IMG/VR virus record: IMGVR_UViG_3300025668_000848
Coordinates: 1-28,150 of that record
Direction: 5' to 3' (one strand)
From: a virus
Taxonomy: Duplodnaviria; Caudoviricetes
Length of the DNA: 28,150 nucleotides
The translations under genes were made by a program, and so were the position numbers. The notes under the pieces were generated by a model. The model did not search any database. It was not told the origin of the DNA and saw nothing but the letters and a program-made list of their open reading frames with translations. Below are positions 25,128 through 28,150 of this stretch, piece by piece. How positions within the stretch are numbered: position 1 is the stretch's first letter; each line of letters opens with the position of its first letter.

Positions 25128-25218
25128 TTATTTCTTTTCTGCCTTTTGTTATCGGAGGCTCGTGGCGAACTCCGTCCAAGTTATTTAACAATAATTTTAA
25201 GTGAAATTAGTGTGCAGA

Positions 25219-26304
25219 TTATGAAGAGATTGAACCGAAAGTTTTCCACTCGCCTGGCGTTCCGGTTTTAATGCATACCCATCCAACATGCCCAGTCGGA
25301 CTTGGTTCGCTGTTCCAAACAATATCGCCTTTGTTATAATGACCGGAGCCTGGCATACTATCAGCTACTTCAAATTTCTTATTTTGAAATCTTACAGGTC
25401 CAGCTGTTGTAATATCAGCATCTTCGGTAAAGTTAGTTACTCCTACTCCTATCTTTCCTTTAAAGATAGCTTTATTACGGACAATTAGTGTTCCTGTTTG
25501 AGTTACAGTTAACCGTTCGGTATTGTCAGTAATAATGTTAACAGAGGTATTTGTATATGCACCGATAACAAATTCGTTTTCATTATTGCTGTCAACAATA
25601 AATTCGTTATCAAAATTTTCAATTGCTAGTACACCGTTGGGCTCGTCTGTACCAATTCCAAGTCTTTGCATACTTGCATCATACATTAAAAAGTCATCTA
25701 CATTTAGAGGACCTTCTACAGTTAGAGTTGATAAAGTGCCAAGAGTGCGTAAACTACTATTTACTACGCTAGTACCAAGTGTAGTATTGTTTAGTACTTC
25801 TTGCTGTCCAACCATAAAGTGCTTGTCAGCTGCAACTTCAATACTTTCAGTTGAGAAAAATCTATCTGGACGCTGTTGTAATACAAACTGTTTAGTATAC
25901 TCGCCTCCGGGCCATATTAGTCCTTTACCATACGCAACATCGCCGTTGTCGTTAGTAAAAGATAATGGTTCAGAACGTTTGTTACGGACATCTGCTTGTA
26001 TTTCATCAACATACAATTTTGTAGCGTGTATTTCGCCACTTACATTTAAATTTCCATCAACACTTACAGGACCTTTTAACGTATTAGCATGTACAACATT
26101 TATGTGAACACCGTCTTCTTCAACTCTAAGAATTTGCGTTGTAGCATTATCTTGTATACCTTGACTAGAGAACTGTGTGATTCTCCCGCCATGGATTTTG
26201 TTACCGCTAAGTTCTCTATCGGTAATTTCAACCCTAGGTACAGGTTTATTTTGTAATTCTTCTATTGCTTGTGCAACATTTTGTAAACTATCACGTATTG
26301 TCAT
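25219..26304 (-). CDS. Fibre-like virion protein, 361 aa
   Basis: SSLRTLGTLSTLTV, RLGIGTDEP and the C-terminal KGDIVWNSEP...GWVCIKTGTPGEWKTFG motif typical of phage fibres; GATAAATA upstream. Confidence 0.65.
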   Translation of the reverse strand: MTIRDSLQNVAQAIEELQNKPVPRVEITDRELSGNKIHGGRITQFSSQGIQDNATTQILRVEEDGVHINVVHANTLKGPVSVDGNLNVSGEIHATKLYVDEIQADVRNKRSEPLSFTNDNGDVAYGKGLIWPGGEYTKQFVLQQRPDRFFSTESIEVAADKHFMVGQQEVLNNTTLGTSVVNSSLRTLGTLSTLTVEGPLNVDDFLMYDASMQRLGIGTDEPNGVLAIENFDNEFIVDSNNENEFVIGAYTNTSVNIITDNTERLTVTQTGTLIVRNKAIFKGKIGVGVTNFTEDADITTAGPVRFQNKKFEVADSMPGSGHYNKGDIVWNSEPSPTGHVGWVCIKTGTPGEWKTFGSISS

Positions 26305-26328
26305 CTGAGGTTCCTGTTCGTTATACAG

Positions 26329-26336
26329 TATTTATC
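26329..26336 (-). promoter_or_regulatory. T4-late-like promoter GATAAATA
   Basis: Overlaps the upstream stop codon; precedes the AGGA RBS and ATG 26304. Confidence 0.65.
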
Positions 26337-27627
26337 AGACTACCTTGAGAAGTACTGTATCAGGATTGCATCGTCCATTTAATTTTGTATCTGTAGTTGC
26401 AATTTCATCCATAAACTTACGCAATGCTACTTTACCAGAGTTTTTAAACTCTTTAAGTTGATCTGCTGGCTTGCGTAGCGTCTTTTGTATACTTGTGTTT
26501 TCATCAAAGCCAATGATAGTTGTACCTTTAACACTTAGACCTGTGCCATCTCTACCAAGTCCTTTTGGATCAACATTACTTGCAATGTACTTGCCTAGCT
26601 TACGTGACTTAACATTAAATACCCAAAGCTCGGTTGCCCCTACAATAAGTGTAGGATCAATTGATGCAAGTGAATATTTAGGATCTGCTTTGCTAAACTT
26701 CAGCTTCTCTACTACCTTAGTTGCTGAACGTTGCTTAGGCTTACGTGGCTTACGTGTTGCTTTTGCTTGATCAATAATAAAGTCTAGTTCGGCATTAATT
26801 GCATCAACTGCTTTACGTTTTTTTGCAATGTCTGCTTTCTTTAAATGTGAATACCCTTCTTTTAATTGATCCCAAAGATCAGCGTCTAATTCACTCATCT
26901 TAGCCAACTGTCCTTTTGTTGGCATTCTTTCTAGATCGTCAAAATCAGTTAATTCCATTTCCCACATTGTACGCATTTTACGAGCGTGTGCTTGAGTAGG
27001 TTGTACTTTTTTAAGATGTGCTTTAAGATCGAATCCATTCGGATCAAATGACTTTGGGTCATCTACCCAACCATCTAGCCATTCGTCAATACCTTCGGAC
27101 ATTGCTATTGCTTGATCCTGAATACGTTCTTGGATAGTTGGCACATACTTCTTGCCTTCTACCTTTTCAACTTCTTGTTTTACTTCAACTACTTCTTTAC
27201 CAACTTTAATTGCAAACGCAACTTTTTCTTTTAAGAAGCGTTCAACGCCACAAGTTAGTTCTCCACCAGTACCTGGCAAGCTCACCCAATGGTCTGCTTC
27301 TTTCTTGTTTAGCCTAGGAGCGCCTTTAATATCCATACGTGCTACTATACCTGCTGTTATACTTAATGCACTGTTAGGAGCGTTCTTTACTGCCTTGATG
27401 TCATCTTTAGTATAACCGTTTGCTTCCATCCACACAGGAACATTGCCATACAAGTCTGCAGGTTTAAAGTGTTCGTAGTACCACGAGTGTGTATGTCTAC
27501 GATGCTTATGGATTGCTTCACCAGTCCACTCTTCCCAACCTTCCCAACTTGGCTCTTTGAGCTTGGCTCCTCGTTGTAGACGGGGTGCCGCCCTAGGCTT
27601 CTTCTTTTTTACTTTTGGCATTGCCAT
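26335..27627 (-). CDS. Hypothetical basic protein, probably early, 430 aa
   Basis: Long ORF with AGGAG RBS and its own sigma70 promoter; Lys-rich; no family recognised. Confidence 0.8.
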   Translation of the reverse strand: MAMPKVKKKKPRAAPRLQRGAKLKEPSWEGWEEWTGEAIHKHRRHTHSWYYEHFKPADLYGNVPVWMEANGYTKDDIKAVKNAPNSALSITAGIVARMDIKGAPRLNKKEADHWVSLPGTGGELTCGVERFLKEKVAFAIKVGKEVVEVKQEVEKVEGKKYVPTIQERIQDQAIAMSEGIDEWLDGWVDDPKSFDPNGFDLKAHLKKVQPTQAHARKMRTMWEMELTDFDDLERMPTKGQLAKMSELDADLWDQLKEGYSHLKKADIAKKRKAVDAINAELDFIIDQAKATRKPRKPKQRSATKVVEKLKFSKADPKYSLASIDPTLIVGATELWVFNVKSRKLGKYIASNVDPKGLGRDGTGLSVKGTTIIGFDENTSIQKTLRKPADQLKEFKNSGKVALRKFMDEIATTDTKLNGRCNPDTVLLKVV

Positions 27628-27657
27628 TGGATGTCTCCTAAACGCTAATATTTCTCT

Positions 27658-27686
27658 AGTATATAGCCGTAGTTATCAAATGTCAA
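27658..27686 (-). promoter_or_regulatory. Sigma70-type promoter
   Basis: TTGACA (27686-27681), 17 nt, TATACT (27663-27658). Confidence 0.85.
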
Positions 27687-27726
27687 GACTTTTTTATCCT
27701 CAGTCTCTAAATTCCAAATAACTATA

Positions 27727-28149
27727 TTAGATTTTTTCGCCTACTTCAAATCCTCTAAATGTTTTAAAACGTGGAAAGCGTAAACTGTATGTGCCGTCTT
27801 GATTTTGTGTTACTGCGTCTGCTCTTACTTCTACTAGTTGCCCAATAACATCGCTACGAAGAGTCCAAAACTGATCACGGTTAGCATCGCTAAAGCCGCT
27901 ACCAACGTTAACCCTAACCATTCTTCCATCGTCCATCCCTTCGCATACAACAGCGCCGAGTTTACCTTCATTTCTACCTGTTCCTTCTTCAACATCTACA
28001 ACCTCCAAAGTTACTTCAATAAATGGCTTTGCTTTAAGCCAAGCGTGAGTACGTTTACACTCATAAGGAGCATCAACGTCTTTAATCATAACACCTTCGT
28101 AACCACCGTCTACAGCCGCTTTATTTAACGCTACAAAGCGTTCTTGTCC
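27727..28149 (-). CDS. ATP-dependent DNA ligase, C-terminal part (start lies outside the window)
   Basis: Frame is open to the edge: GYEGVMIKD (motif IV), WLKAKP (V), VGSGFSD (OB fold), SLRFPRF (VI). Confidence 0.93.
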   Translation of the reverse strand, partial: GQERFVALNKAAVDGGYEGVMIKDVDAPYECKRTHAWLKAKPFIEVTLEVVDVEEGTGRNEGKLGAVVCEGMDDGRMVRVNVGSGFSDANRDQFWTLRSDVIGQLVEVRADAVTQNQDGTYSLRFPRFKTFRGFEVGEKI

Positions 28150-28150
28150 T

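Noticed and set aside
25153-25174. Hairpin as an intrinsic terminator
   Set aside because: No U-tract directly follows it on either strand, and it lies downstream of a promoter motif.
1-28150. tRNA, CRISPR array, intron/intein, diversity-generating retroelement, stop-codon recoding
   Set aside because: Intergenic gaps are under about 100 nt; I saw no cloverleaf, spaced direct repeats, reverse transcriptase or homing motifs; genes read intact in the standard code and use all three stop codons.

Overview
AT-rich segment of a large tailed dsDNA phage (T4-like or jumbo type, probably marine; an alphaproteobacterial host is only an inference), almost all on the minus strand. 1-16.1 kb: the 5' part of a short DnaE-like gene, then a virion/tail block ending in a 3151-aa protein. 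16.1-24.3 kb: accessory block with a HesB/IscA protein, a translationally coupled PLP enzyme / amidinotransferase / radical SAM cluster, UvsE, ferredoxin-NADP reductase, two glycosyltransferase-like genes and a QueD-like gene. 24.3-28.15 kb: two membrane proteins, a fibre-like protein, an unknown early protein and the 3' part of an ATP-dependent DNA ligase. Two promoter classes are readable: sigma70-type TTGACA-N17-TA(T/A)A(C/A)T and T4-late-like TAAATA. The two best leads are (1) a compact preQ1-I-like pseudoknot starting at the predicted +1 of the queD transcript, a candidate phage riboswitch, and (2) the apparently late-expressed PLP/amidinotransferase/radical SAM cassette, which could build a guanidino-modified sugar, base or virion component. 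All calls come from reading motifs by eye; no searches were run.
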